From positions 18,476,001 through 18,540,000 of the forward strand of contig OX638158.1 of the NCBI GenBank assembly GCA_951804945.1: DNA of 64,000 nucleotides, in the 5' to 3' direction. How positions within the stretch are numbered: the stretch's first letter is position 1; each line of letters starts with the position of its first letter. The notes under the pieces are model-generated. The model was given only the letters and a program-made list of their open reading frames with translations, did no database searches and had not been told where the DNA came from. Source of the stretch: Podarcis cretensis. Lineage: Eukaryota. Below, one piece after another: positions 11,288-23,700 of the stretch. The position numbers and the translations under genes are program-made.

Positions 11288-14258
11288 TACTATAGCAAAG
11301 AGAACAGTTCAGGGCAGATAAATATTGTAATCCCTGCAAAGAAAAAAAAGTGAGTAAAGAATGGGTCGTGGATGGGTCTTGTCTCTAGCGCAGGGGTAAG
11401 CATAAGGTTGATCACAATCTGCTGCTAGATTGGTTTGGTGGGGAAAGCATCAAGATGCAGCATTTCATAAGAAATGATAGGGTAAATACAAGATAGATAT
11501 AGGTGGTGGCTAAAGTTGTGTGTGCACAATTTCCCAAATCAGTGGATGCAGAATAAACAGGAATGCATACACAGTCTAAGAAGCCATGCAGTGCACAGTA
11601 TGATGTTTCACGAACTGCAGCTGCTGAGGTATATTCTGAACTGTTGATAACATAATACAGACAGTTATGGTTTTTAAGCATGCCTTTAGGCAAAAGAATA
11701 AGCATCCTCTTTTGACTTTTATAACTGCGGGGGATAGGCTACTGCAGAGTAAACAAATACAGCATATAGCAGAACAGAGTCTTCAGCAATGCATAAAAGT
11801 GGTGGTGGTGGTGGAGGAGGAGGAGGTTGGACAATGATCCTGGCTAGGCATGTGTGGATGTTACAAGCATTTCCTTATTCTCATCTGTAAATTGTGCAGT
11901 GTTGAAGACTATGGTATGTGGTATCTGCTGAACATGTTTCGATGTGCTGACTTCTTCACAGATATGAAAAGAGGATGTATCTTTTTACTTACAAAACAAT
12001 TCTTATTCCAATACCATGTGGCAGTTCTCTTAGAACATTCATGGGGAACCTCTGGCCCATGGGCCTAATTAGGCTTGACATGGGTCTGAATTTGGCCTCG
12101 AAACATGGCCACCTGCCCCTCACATGACATCATATATGAGGGGCAGGTTGTCAGTGCACAAACAGGAGCCACAAAGTGCATTTCCAATTGAGCACTGGCA
12201 AGGGAGGCTTGCTGTCACTGCCAATGAGCTGATTGGTGGTAAGAGCAAGCTAGCTGGGATTGGCTACACTACTAAGTTTCCCACGGGGAATTCCACAGAG
12301 CAGCCAATCACAACAAATAGCAGAACCTGAAGTCATTGTCTATCAGCTGATAGGCACTGCTTTCAATGTTACTGGGATCAGCTGCACTACTGACTTCCCC
12401 ATAGGGCACTTCATTGAGCAGCTGCCCTCTGCAGAAAGCAGATCGGCACCAATCAGCTGATTGGTGATTGCTTCTGACTGTGCTTGGATGGTCTTGGTTT
12501 TTACCTTGTAGCATGGCTTGCTACACTACAAATATATAAAAAGAGAGAGTTACTGACATCATTGTGGCATCAGGTGACTAAGAAGTGGGCAAGCCACCAA
12601 AACATATACACCTTCTGTTCCTTCTTTTCTTGTTCCTTTGTATATTTTTGCACTGCAAGCCGGTTTAGATACACCTGAGCAGGTGCAGGTTTCCAGACTG
12701 AGGCTAGATAAGCAGCCAACTGTAAATAGTTTTTGTAGTCCTATCATGAGCATAGAGCACACATCTTGCCATCAACTATTGTTCACTTGATGAATAAACG
12801 CAAATCAGAAAGCCAAGTGATTTCCCCCACCATATTCTACATTATCTGAGAGACAGGAAATGATTGGGTGATTTTACGTACTTTGCTGTGCTCATTCTCT
12901 ACAACATTGCAACAACACTCCAGAATAGCCTTCATGAACCATGGCTGAGGCTGATGGGAGTTGTAGTCCAAAACATCTAGAGGGCAAAAGGTTCATGAAG
13001 GCTGAAATAGACTAAGCACACTGCAGTATGACAAATCTGTGCAAGAGATCAAGGTCCAAAAATTCAGCTTTCAAAAGGAAAAAAGGATAAAAACCCGAGT
13101 ACAATACTGATATTGTACAACAAAACTGTATCTAAACCTCGCGTACAAAAAAAGTGATTGTTAATATGTTCACACTTCCTTCATCAGCCACTCCTTGCCT
13201 GCCCTAGCCTCAGAGTTCTGCCTGTAGGTCTCCACTGAGAAACTCAAAATGTGCTTATGGCCTGTGATGGCCGCAAAGATACATAATGGCTTTGTATCTA
13301 TATCACAAAGAGCTAGATAAAACAGAGACACCGAGCGCTTCACTCATTAACATTTGTGTTGCCATGACAGTAAGCTGTTGCCAGGTAGCAGGGAACTAGG
13401 AGAAGAGTGAGAATTAACAAAGCCTAAAAATAAAACTAGCAGCTTAAAAAACAAAACAAAAAAAACCCACCACCCATATAGATGTCCCTGTATAACAAGA
13501 AAAATAATTATTGCCTCCCTCTCCTTTCCCTCCCCACTCTAAAGGAAAGTTTCTGTACTATTGCTCCAGCCATCTATGAAGGAGAGTCATGGCCCTTCCA
13601 AAAATAAATGCCAGTGGGGGAATTGGGAGGAATTTGCAGGAGGGAAAGCAGGGACATTTCACTAGTCTCTCATCTGGTCCTTCATTCCTCTGGATGGCCT
13701 CTACAGTGCTCCCTGTAGGAGAGGCCTTACAGGTTCATAAAAATTGGCATGTGAAGGTACCCTAAGGATTCTAGTGCAATGTCCTTAGAGGACTCTGTTA
13801 CTGGGCTTCTATAAGTCTTCTTGCGTAGCCCTCACAGTAAGTCAGGGTAGAAGAGCAGGGCGAGCTTGTTCCATTGACCCCCATTGTGGTAGCTTTCCCT
13901 GGACTCGGGGATCGATACAAATCAAGCCACACACATAGTTTGAATTTAAAGTCCTGAGTCCAGGACAGAGGAATGGATAGTAGTCACTTACACAACACCA
14001 AAAAAGTGGTCAAAAGAGGACATATATTTGCATAAACTGGACCCAATACATTTCCCCATAGTTGGGAAGACTGGGGTCAAGAGACCTATATGCTTGCTAA
14101 GTCTGCTGTCCTGTGCTAACTGCTGGTGATGAGCAAGTTCAAGGCACAGTATAATCCTTCTAATAGATGACAGTCATTGGTAAAGTAGGACATGTGCCCT
14201 CTCTAAGAAGCGAGGAGCAAGCTCAATCCCTCTTCAGCTCCAAATCCACCACAGAGGA

Positions 14259-14266
14259 AGTAGTAA

Positions 14267-14304
<38 letters not shown>

Positions 14305-14308
14305 ATAG
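14259..14308 (+). repeat. (TAG)n trinucleotide microsatellite
   Basis: Direct run of agtagtagt... with taa variants at the edges. Confidence 0.97.
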
Positions 14309-15030
14309 ACAAATTGCTTCCTTTCAACCACCCTTTCTGGCTTTGGGCCTTTGCACAGCTTTTTTTGTTGCCATGGCCTCAAGCCACAGCATTTGGGGGA
14401 ATTCGGGAAAGAGATAGTTTGCTGTTCTGACTCCTTGCATCTTGGGAGCAAATGTCAGGGGTCCCTAACATTAGAATCCTTCCCCCACAGTGCTTCCTTA
14501 TCCACTCTTTCCCATGTCTCATCTACAAGAGCTCCATTTGGGGATTAAAGTAGATAGATTACATCACCAAAGAAAATGGCAAGTTAGAAATATTTCTAAA
14601 TTTGAGAAATCAGGAGATTAACAAGTCAGGAAAAAACAAACTGGTGCTGGTCAACATTTTTGTAGAAAATCACCATCTAGACACATTTTGAGCAACAACA
14701 TCACAAGTTCTTCTTCAGGGATATAATAATAACAACCAATCTCAATTCTCTAGACATATGGATTCTAACAATAGAACTCTCTAAATTTCTTCTCAGAGCC
14801 AAAAAGAAAGATGGGTAAAAATATGAAAAAATATATATGTAAAGGAATGGTGTTTGAACAGTTTGCTTTCCAATAAAGATGAGAAGGGTGCAAGTACATT
14901 AAGTTAAGCTATCTATTTTACACTATGGAAGTGACTTTGTGGTTAAGTTATGGATGCTGCTATAGAAATCCCAATAGCTATAACAGAACCAGGAAGCAAA
15001 GGCTGAGGTTGGGCTACACTACACAATTAG

Positions 15031-15446
15031 GGCCACATCTTTTAAAGCACTATGATATCACTTTTTGTGTTCTTATTTTGTATTTTTATGTTGTAAACTG
15101 CCCTGTGATCTTTGGATGAAGGGCGGTATACAAATTTAATTATAAAATAAAACAACAGTCATGGCTTCCCTCAAAGAACCCTGGAAAATTTAGTTTGTTA
15201 TGGGTTCCAAAAGTGATTAGGTAACCCACCCACTCCATTCCCCCCACTGAGCTACAATTCCCAGAGATCCATTGGAAGAGGGATTGATTGTTAAACTGCT
15301 CTGGGAATTGTAGCTCAGTGGGGGGAATGGGGATCTCCTAACAACGCTCAGCAACTTAACATCTGCAGTTCCAAGGATTCTCTGGGGGAAGCCATGGAAA
15401 TTAAAGTGGTATAACAGGGCTTTAAATATATGGTGTGGATGTGACC
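15031..15446. mobile_element. Palindromic MITE containing a short L2-like tail insertion (~15065-15150)
   Basis: Ends are GGCCACATCT / GGATGTGACC. Internal inverted arms are CTGAGCTACAATTCCCAGAG / CTCTGGGAATTGTAGCTCAG and CATGGCTTCCC / GGGAAGCCATG. Confidence 0.7.
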
Positions 15447-17422
15447 TACAAGGCACTTAAGTGTTCTTTTGGATATCTAGGAGGAAAAAATGATTATTGG
15501 ATTTACTTACTTATTTACTCACAACATTTCTTATTCTGCTATTTAGCCTGGAGGACTCCCAGAGCAGCTTACAAAAATCAGTAGTAAGGCAGTCCTTGCT
15601 CACAGACTCACAGTCTAAAATATATGGCGCTTTGGAGCAGCTGAGTGGAGCTAATTCCCAAAGAAAGAAGAGGGGCCTGCATTCGGTGTAGAATTTAAAT
15701 TCAGTGCCTAATGCAAACCCCACTGGGATCATACCTGCCAAAAGCAACAGGGTTTGCATTCTTTAGTGATCTTCTCCAGTCAGAACCTCTGACTCGAAGT
15801 TCCCGAAGGGAAACAATCTCAATGCGGGTTGCAGTTGACACCAAATTTGAGCAGTACCAAATGCAAGTCCAGCTGCCACACAGCAGTCAGAAGCACATGG
15901 CCAAGAGTATGCTCCCAATTGTTCCTTTGCGATGGGGTTTGCATATGATGCAAATTGAATTCAGCACCTAATGCAAGCCCTATTGCATTTACCTGATGTC
16001 AAACAATGTCAGCTGATAACAGGTGGGCAAGCCCATCCACCTGTCAAAGGTGGCCTACAGAGGGATGGCCACTTTGAGATCTAGTCCATCAGACCAAACT
16101 GGTTCTCCATTTCTGTTCTGGTTACATTTGAGAAGACTCAAAAACAGTCAGTCTCAATCAGTTTAAATCTAGTACAAGTTTGAATTTTCTAAAGTATATT
16201 CAGATTACCGTTTTGGAATTTTGTGATTTCCTATATTTGCATACTAAATTGGAAGAAAGACTCAATGACAACACGTTGGTCCATTCGGGCTGTTAGTTTA
16301 CTTCTTTCCCTATCAATCTTAGGTATTTAAGATATCCTGAGCAGTTTGCTTCTCTTGAAGAGGGGGAAATGTTATTTCAGTGAGTACCACATGGTGAGGC
16401 CAAAGCTGAACAACATTGTGACTTCCGTATATTTAGGGTTTGCAAGCTCCTTGAGGGGATGTTTGTGTCCTAAGAGAAGGCAATATTAATAGGGCCCAAT
16501 CCCTGTGATCAAGGCTCTGTTTCATGATGCTTCATTATGATAACTACTCTGAGGGCTCTTGTGGCTGAAAAATGGCCTATAAATAAACTGAATGCACTTT
16601 TGCTTCTGTAAACTTTATATATGATGTAAACAGAAGTCGGGAGTGTATGACAAATGAGCTTTTCTCGAAGAGTATAAACTCTTAACAATGATATGAAATG
16701 GCCACTGCCCTAGGTTTTTGTTGTTTCCTTAGTGTTCCTCAGGACAGCTTCCTCCATATAACCATTTGTGGAATGCTTTGGTTCCTACCATCAGTCAATG
16801 TAATTACGCCTAAGAACACATATTACTCCTTCTCAGAGCCCTCCCCGGAATGTTCCCCTTTCAACCAGCCTTCCTGGGTAGAAAATAGAAAACAACTAAT
16901 CTTTTCTGTCACCTTTCAGCATCCTTTCAAAGAGCCTAGCTTTCAAAGAGGGCTGGATGTGACCCTCTGCAGAGGCTGAGCCTTCAAATCCTTTGCTTCC
17001 ACTCCCTAGACACTTGTGGCTAATGGATTTCCATGAACTGCTACCTCACAGATGTCTGGGAATGAACTGAGAGAAGAAATATATCCATAGGTGCAAGGGG
17101 TCTCACATGGTGTTGCTTTCTGTTCTGTGTTTAGATTTCATGTTTCAGCTCTGCTTAAATTCAACCTGACCTTTTCCTCAATTATGTTCTGAAAGAAATA
17201 TTTCTGAACTGTTCTCTGTCTCTGGCCTGCAGCTGATATTCAGCCCTTGGCCACTCTGCATGCAGCCCACCAAGCAGGGGGGGGGGGTTCACCCATTTCA
17301 TATCAGACAGTTGGCCCTTTAAGAGCTTTTAGTTATCCAAATGGGAGGCGTGGATTGGAGGCAGAGCCTCAGAAGGTCTTGGTTCACTTCCAATCCTTGT
17401 TGGAGCGAGTTACTCAGTAGGA

Positions 17423-18052
17423 CAGCTGTGGGGAACCTTTGGCCCTCCAGATGTTGCTAAACTACAGGTGACTGACCTACAGAGCAACTACACATTGCTG
17501 AATGTGTATAGAGGAGTGCAACCAAGGTGATCAAGGGTGTGGAAACCAAGCCTTATGAGGAATGGTTGAGGGAGTTGGGTATGTTTAGCCTGAAAGAGAA
17601 GTGACTGAGAGGAGATATGATAGCCATCTTCAAATATCTCAAGGGCTGTCACATGGAAGAGGGAATAAGCTTGTTTTCTCCTGCTCTGGAGGGTAGGAAT
17701 CAAACCAGTTGCTTCAAGTTACAAGAAAGGAGATTCCAACTAGACATCAGAAAGAACTTTCTGACATTAAGAGATGTTCAACAGTGGAAAAGTCTTCCTT
17801 GAGAGGTTGTGGATTCCCCTTCATTGGAGGATTTTCTGCAGAGGTTGGACGGCCATCTGTCATGGATGCTTTAGCAGGGATCCCTGCATTGCAGGGGCTG
17901 GACTAGAGGACCCTCTGTGTCTCTTCCAACTTTACAGTTCCATGATTCTAGGATTCCAACTCCCATCAGCCCAATCAAGCATGTTCAATGGCCAGGGATG
18001 ATGGGAGTTGTAATTCTGTGACATCTGGCAGAGCAAAGTTTCCCCACGCTTG
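17423..18052. mobile_element. Palindromic hAT-type MITE split by a CR1 insertion
   Basis: Arms GTGGGGAACCTTTGGCCCTCCAGATGT / ACATCTGGCAGAGCAAAGTTTCCCCAC. TSD CAGTAGGA/CACTAGGA (7/8 match). The same family occurs partially near 3545-3645, 12930-13005, 21595-21710, 26260-26320, 31690-31760, 54820-54910 and 62640-62775. Confidence 0.75.
17490..17950 (+). mobile_element. 5'-truncated CR1 LINE (ORF2 C-terminus and 3' UTR)
   Basis: Peptide MIAIFKYLKGCHMEEGISLFS...FKLQERRFQLDIRKNFLT is a typical CR1 ORF2 C-terminus. Ends CCAACTTTACAGTTCCATGATTCTA. Confidence 0.92.
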
Positions 18053-18856
18053 CACTAGGAGCTCCTCATGGTGCTGTGACCTTCCTTTCTGCCTTGTTCT
18101 GGCTACTCCTCTGAGGTATCAGAATTGTGTGAGAGAAAGAATGGAAAAGAATGTGTGTTTAAGTGTGAGAGGAAATAACAAGGGGGATCACCACGTGTTC
18201 TGTTCCCCCTTAAAGGCATGCGGTCCAACTGCCCACATGTGGTTCTTGTGCCAAAAATGTTGCTCTCACTACTGAATATATCCACAGAGTTAAGCCCTCT
18301 CTGAGGCATTTCATGGGCAGCTATGGAAGATATATACTTTAGAAAGACTAATGTTATGATAAGATCTTAATGCATGCCCCGATGAAATGGAAACACCATT
18401 CTTGTGCCCAAAGATGTCTATATCCTTATAACACCAGTTCAGTGATACTGAAGCTCTGTCCAAGGGATCTTTTCTGCAAAATAGATTGAGGCAGGTTGTA
18501 TCAAAAAGACACTAGTTAGATGTGGGTGTGGGAGTAAAATTAAATTGAAGATTACTAAAGAAAACAACACTCCACCACAACTGCTTATGCCTGCTGACTT
18601 GAGGAACAACTTTAAAAAGTAGAGCCTTTCCTTTAACTCACCTCCCACTTTGGCATTTATCACTCTCTGGCATTATCCTGATCTGCCACAGAAAGCTTCT
18701 TTATTTATTTTGATTACTTATACCTCACTTTTCAATCTAATAAATCTCAAGATGGCTTACAAACAATAGGCAATAATTCAGCTCCCCAACCCATCATGCT
18801 CTGTCTCTCTCACACACAACCCTGCAATTCTAAGTCCACTGGATGAGGGTTATGGT

Positions 18857-19310
18857 CAGAGTGTGCTATCTTTCTGCTCTACAGTCCAACTAGCAGTTCA
18901 AGCAGACTGCTCTTTATGCCAGGGAGGGGAGAAACAAAGCCTTTGCAACTGCTCCTTCTCTGGCCAATGGAGGAGGGCAGGCTGCTTATTTTTCTGCCAT
19001 AAAGGTGTTGCTTCCCCCCTCCCCCCGGAAGGCAGGGGGTGCAATGTCTCCATGGCCCTTGCTCCCCTGGCTGGTGGCAGAGGCCAGAGTATGCTTCCTT
19101 TCTGCTCTTGAACCCCAGGACAGCTAGAACCAACTGTTTTTCTCTGCCAGGAATGGAGAAGGCAAACACCTTGCAGCTGCTCATTATCTGACCAACGGCT
19201 GGAGCCAAGCTGGCCTTCTACTTGCCATTATGTTTTCCCCGGAAGGCGTGGGAAGCAACCTCCCAGTGGCTCTTGGTGCCCTTGCTGGTAGCAGAGGACA
19301 GAGTGTGTTT
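18857..19310 (+). repeat. Degenerate tandem duplication, two units of ~214-228 bp
   Basis: CAGAGT(G/A)TG recurs at 18857, 19085 and 19299. Shared internal anchors in the same order are CTTTCTGCTCT, TGCCAGG, TTGCA(A/G)CTGCTC, CCCCGGAAGGC and GCTGGT(G/A)GCAGAGG. Confidence 0.75.
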
Positions 19311-20224
19311 CATAAGTATCGGACAAGAGTACTTTAAACAATAATAGTTAAATCAAACAAAACTTAGAATAGCTGCCATTTCTGATTTCAGTCTGGAGTC
19401 TGATTTTTGTCTTTCTGCAGGCAGAAGGCAGCGGGTGGCATTTTCGAATAACAAGGATCGCCTTAAAAGAAGCCATGGTCTCAAAACACTAAAAATACCT
19501 GATGTTCCTTTTCTCCTTGCTGGATCCCCTTGGGAAATAGAAATATCCATCTAGTAGATGGTTTCCAGAGATACAATGTTTGCTGAAGTTTGAAGAGGGT
19601 TATTTTAGACTGCACTTTCCAAATTGTATTTCTAAAACATAATTAGGGCCTCTTTAGCTTCAGCCAAATAACTGCATATATGGTGGTGCCAGTTAGCAAC
19701 TCCCATAAAGATGTGCAAAAAGTAAAATGGAATGCCTTTATAAAGACATTCTGTTCTTTGTGCCATACATGAGACTCCCATTTGTCTTCATAAAATATGA
19801 CTAGTTAGAAGGAAATGAGTCCTCTGAATGAGTTTCCTGTTGCAAATTATTCTGCACTACCGAGACAGAAGGACCGGGGCATGGGATGATAACAGAAAAA
19901 TTTAAAATATAAACATACAACTCACAGGGCTTGTACACATGGTCATTACAGCCACTGATTCCGCCCCCTGCCCCCCTAGTCTTCTCCTTACCCTTCGCTA
20001 CCCTTCCAGTCCTTTTGGCTGCCTCCCCACCCCCACCAGCTGTAACAAACAGGATCTAATTTGTACCATAATAATAGGGTGTAGTGGAAACTGCAGAAGA
20101 AGCAGGAGTAGCCACTGCTTATCTTCAAATTCAGTGACAAATGAAGGGGGAGATTCTGGGTTGCACACTTGCAGCCCTATGCAGATCTTACTACAAGTGC
20201 CTGAATTAGGTATCATATTTTGTA

Positions 20225-20320
20225 GCAAAGTTCTTAACCCAAGGTAATATTTCTGAGTTAGCGGAGTCTGTAACCTGAAGCGTATGTAACCTGAAGCATA
20301 TGTAACCCGAGGTACCACTG
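20225..20320 (-). mobile_element. Terminal fragment of a Tc1/mariner-pogo (Tigger-like) MITE
   Basis: Ends ...GTAACCCGAGGTACCACTG followed by TA. The TIR reads CAGTGGTACCTCGGGTTAC on the minus strand. Tandem TGTAACCTGAAGC subterminal repeats. Confidence 0.75.
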
Positions 20321-23300
20321 TATACATTTTCTGGGGTAGAGGTTCCACACAACTCTACCATGTATAAACCATCAGTGCAGGTGTGTCAGTCAAATATGGC
20401 CATTTGCTTTCCAATAAGAATCCTACCAGATGAGACCGAAGGCCTATATTGTACCGCATAACAGGTCAGACGCTTTCTGGAGGCCCAGAAGCAGGGAGCA
20501 AAGGCAGTGAACGTCCCCATTGTCTATCTCCTACTGACTGACATTCAAAGGTGCACTTCCTCTACATAAGGAGCTTCTACCAGGATCAGATATTCCCCTG
20601 GAAATATAGGGCTGATGAAGAAACTTCACAGAAAGAGGCAAATACTTGGTATCACCTGGAATAAAGTCGCTACCAAATTTTATTAAAGGCAACTTTCCCC
20701 AATCTGGTGCTTCAATGTTTTATTCTACTCCCTTTATTTATTGGATTTTTTCACCTGTTCTTCATCGGAGGGTCCCAGGGTGGGTTAAAACACTATGACC
20801 ACAATGACAAGATTTCAAGGAGAAAAACTGGCTGAACACAATTTGGTGAGGCAACCCTCAGCCAATATAAGGACAAAGAAAACAGTGAGGCAAAATTCTA
20901 TCAGCAAATGAAATAAGTCTTTCCAAAATATCCTTTATGTTTACCAGGCATAAGCCTAAGTCATACATGAATGCATCCACAATGATCTTCTATTTTACCA
21001 GCCTCCATCAAGTGGATGACACTTCTAATCCTTTTCATTTATTTTAGCATCTTGTACCTTTTTACAAGTAAGTGGGAGACAGGATCAAAGCAATTCCTCA
21101 AACAGCCTCCAAGTGTCTCTTTCCATTTAACTGTGGCCTGGCTTCAGTTACGCATCATTTTCTTTGAAGGCAATAATGCTACTCTCACAGCCAATAGAAG
21201 ATTTGAATTTCTAATACTGCCTGCCATTTTTCTTTGAATAAAACTTAGTTACCTGCATCTTTCGAATACATTTTTTCTGGAGTAGCACTATTCAGCAATG
21301 CAAGTGACTTGAGAATTGCCACCATTTAAAACCAGTATTTTCTCTTGTATACAGTTAGGCATAAAGGCCATAATCCAAAACAGTAGTTTACAGAAACATG
21401 GTATAGAACAAGGGCTTTCTTTATAGTTTGTACTAATTTAACAGCTCCCAAAGCCAATGAGAAAATATACATTTATAGCAGGTCAGCAACTTCCAAAACT
21501 GAACAACTGATTGTGAGAGCTGTGTTAAACTTAAGAACTACCATAGCTTTTTGAGGAAAAAGACCTTAAAATGTTGTTTTTGTACACCCTACATCAAGGA
21601 TGGAAAAGCTGGGGCTCTCCTGATGTTGCTGGACTCCTCACTCTGATCCGTACCAGTCAGCACAGCTAATGGTCAAAGATAATGGCAGACATAGTCCAGC
21701 AATATCAGCCTCACATGGTAAATCTCATTTGTAAAGAGGGGGACCTAAAAGTGTATTCATACCACATATGTTTACACATTTTCAAGGGGCTTGTGAAGAT
21801 CACAAGTATTCATTGTTTGTGGGTCCTCCATTCATTCTACTGACATGTAGTTTATAGCTGCTGACATATTTGATTTAAACTATATGTAGTATAGTTACAT
21901 CTTCAAGTGGAGAGTGTGGCTGCCTTGAAATTCATAGAGATACAAGTTCAGAGTTCCTTGGTTGGGACTCAATGACATAAAACCAAGTATGAAACTGGGA
22001 TGAATTGGCAGTGTGAGTATGTCCTGAGGCTGACAGGAGTTATTGCCCAAGAGATCTTTAGACCTTTTGGGAATTACATGCCCCAAATGCCTTGCTTGGG
22101 AGCCACTGATAGATAAACAGGTTTGAAATTGATTTAAATGAGTTGCAATGAAAGACAGGGCTTGCCCAAGGCCACCCAGTGGGCTGATGATGGAGCAGGA
22201 CTTTGAAACCCTCTCCAAATCTAAGATCTGGGTAACATTTACTCTCAGTGCAAGCTTGCAGCTTCAACAAAAGGCATATCATGCTGGAAGAAGCATCTTC
22301 AAAGTGAAATCTTTTTGCTTTTGCCACTTTGCGTAGTAATGGATAGACTGCAATTCTTTGCTGTGTAATGAGAGTTTTCTGGACCTTCCACATATCTCCA
22401 CAACACAGTCCTGCAGCCAGCATATTAAATCCTACACTGCTTGTGGCTGATACAAACTATTAAAAGCGACAAGCTGGGATACTGTGTACTATCAATTGCA
22501 AAGGAAGCATTTCTCCTGCTAGTACCCCTGTTATAAAGGCATGTTTGGGTGTAAAATCAGTAATGGGTTTATAAATTTCACATAAAGACAAGGACTGTTT
22601 CCACCAAGGAATGCCTAATTCTGAAAATGCATTACATAAAAAGAGCTGCTGGTACAGAGAGCAGGTTTCCAGGGTGAAACTGATCTTGGCAAGACAAGTA
22701 GAGCATTACAAACCAGGCAATTAAAGTTTGAGTCCCATCGGAAGGGAGTGTCAATTGAAACCTGAATCTCCAGAACAGATTTCTCTGCAACTCATAGGGA
22801 AGGTAAGAAAAGAGAAATTATGCTTCTCTCACAGAGTGCCAGACCTCAAAAAGAAGGCTAAATGTGAGACTTCTTCCAGCCTTTGAAAATAAGAAGAGCC
22901 CTGTTTACATCAAAGCAAAGCTCTACCTATTCCAGGATCGTTTTCCCCAAAATGGACATCCAGCTGCCTCTGGGAAGCCCCGAAGCAAGTTATGAGAGCA
23001 ATAGCTTTCTCCGAGACTAATATTCAGAGGCATGCCGCCTATGATCCTGGAGGTGGTATATAGCCATCATTACTAGTAGTAATTGGGCAGTGATTCATAC
23101 ACTGGTAACCTCAAGACATTATTATTGTGATGTGCTCTGTGTGGGACTCCCCTTGATTTGAACTCTCCAGATGGTGCAAAATGCTGCAGGTTGACTGTTG
23201 ATGGGGACAGACTGCTGCCAGCAGATAGCTCCGGTTTTCAAAGGCTTGCACTGGCTGCCCATACATTTTTAGTTGAGGTCAGACAGGCACCCTTCCTGCT

Positions 23301-23489
23301 GAACTTCTGGCAACTTCTTCCAATAGGCATTTTCACTGAATTCTGATTTTTTAACTGAGTTTTATTTTCCTTCTGAACGTAACTGAGTGTTACGTTCCTT
23401 CTACACCGTTTAGACACTATTGTAATTGGTGTATGAACTGTCTATATATTAAAAATAGCCTTATCCTTCATGGGGTTGCTTAATCCCAT

Positions 23490-23700
23490 TTTATTTATTC
23501 ATTACATTTATATACCACTTTTATCTTCCAAGGTGGTATACATGGTTCTCCTCCTCCCCATTTCAACCTCACAACAACCCTGTGAGGTAGATTAGGCTCA
23601 GAGATGGCTACTGACCCAAGGTCACCCAGTGAGCTACATGGCTGAGTAGGGATTTGAAACATGGTCTCTCATATCCTAGTCAAACACTCTAACCATTATG
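23490..23700 (-). mobile_element. CORE-type (MIR-like) SINE
   Basis: CCTCACAACAACCCTGTGAGGTAG...GACCCAAGGTCACCCAG...GGGATTTGAA is a reverse-complement CORE domain plus B box, with an AT-rich tail. Confidence 0.8.

Noticed and set aside
14167-14451. Poly-Val and poly-Tyr ORFs
   Set aside because: Artefacts of the (TAG)n microsatellite.
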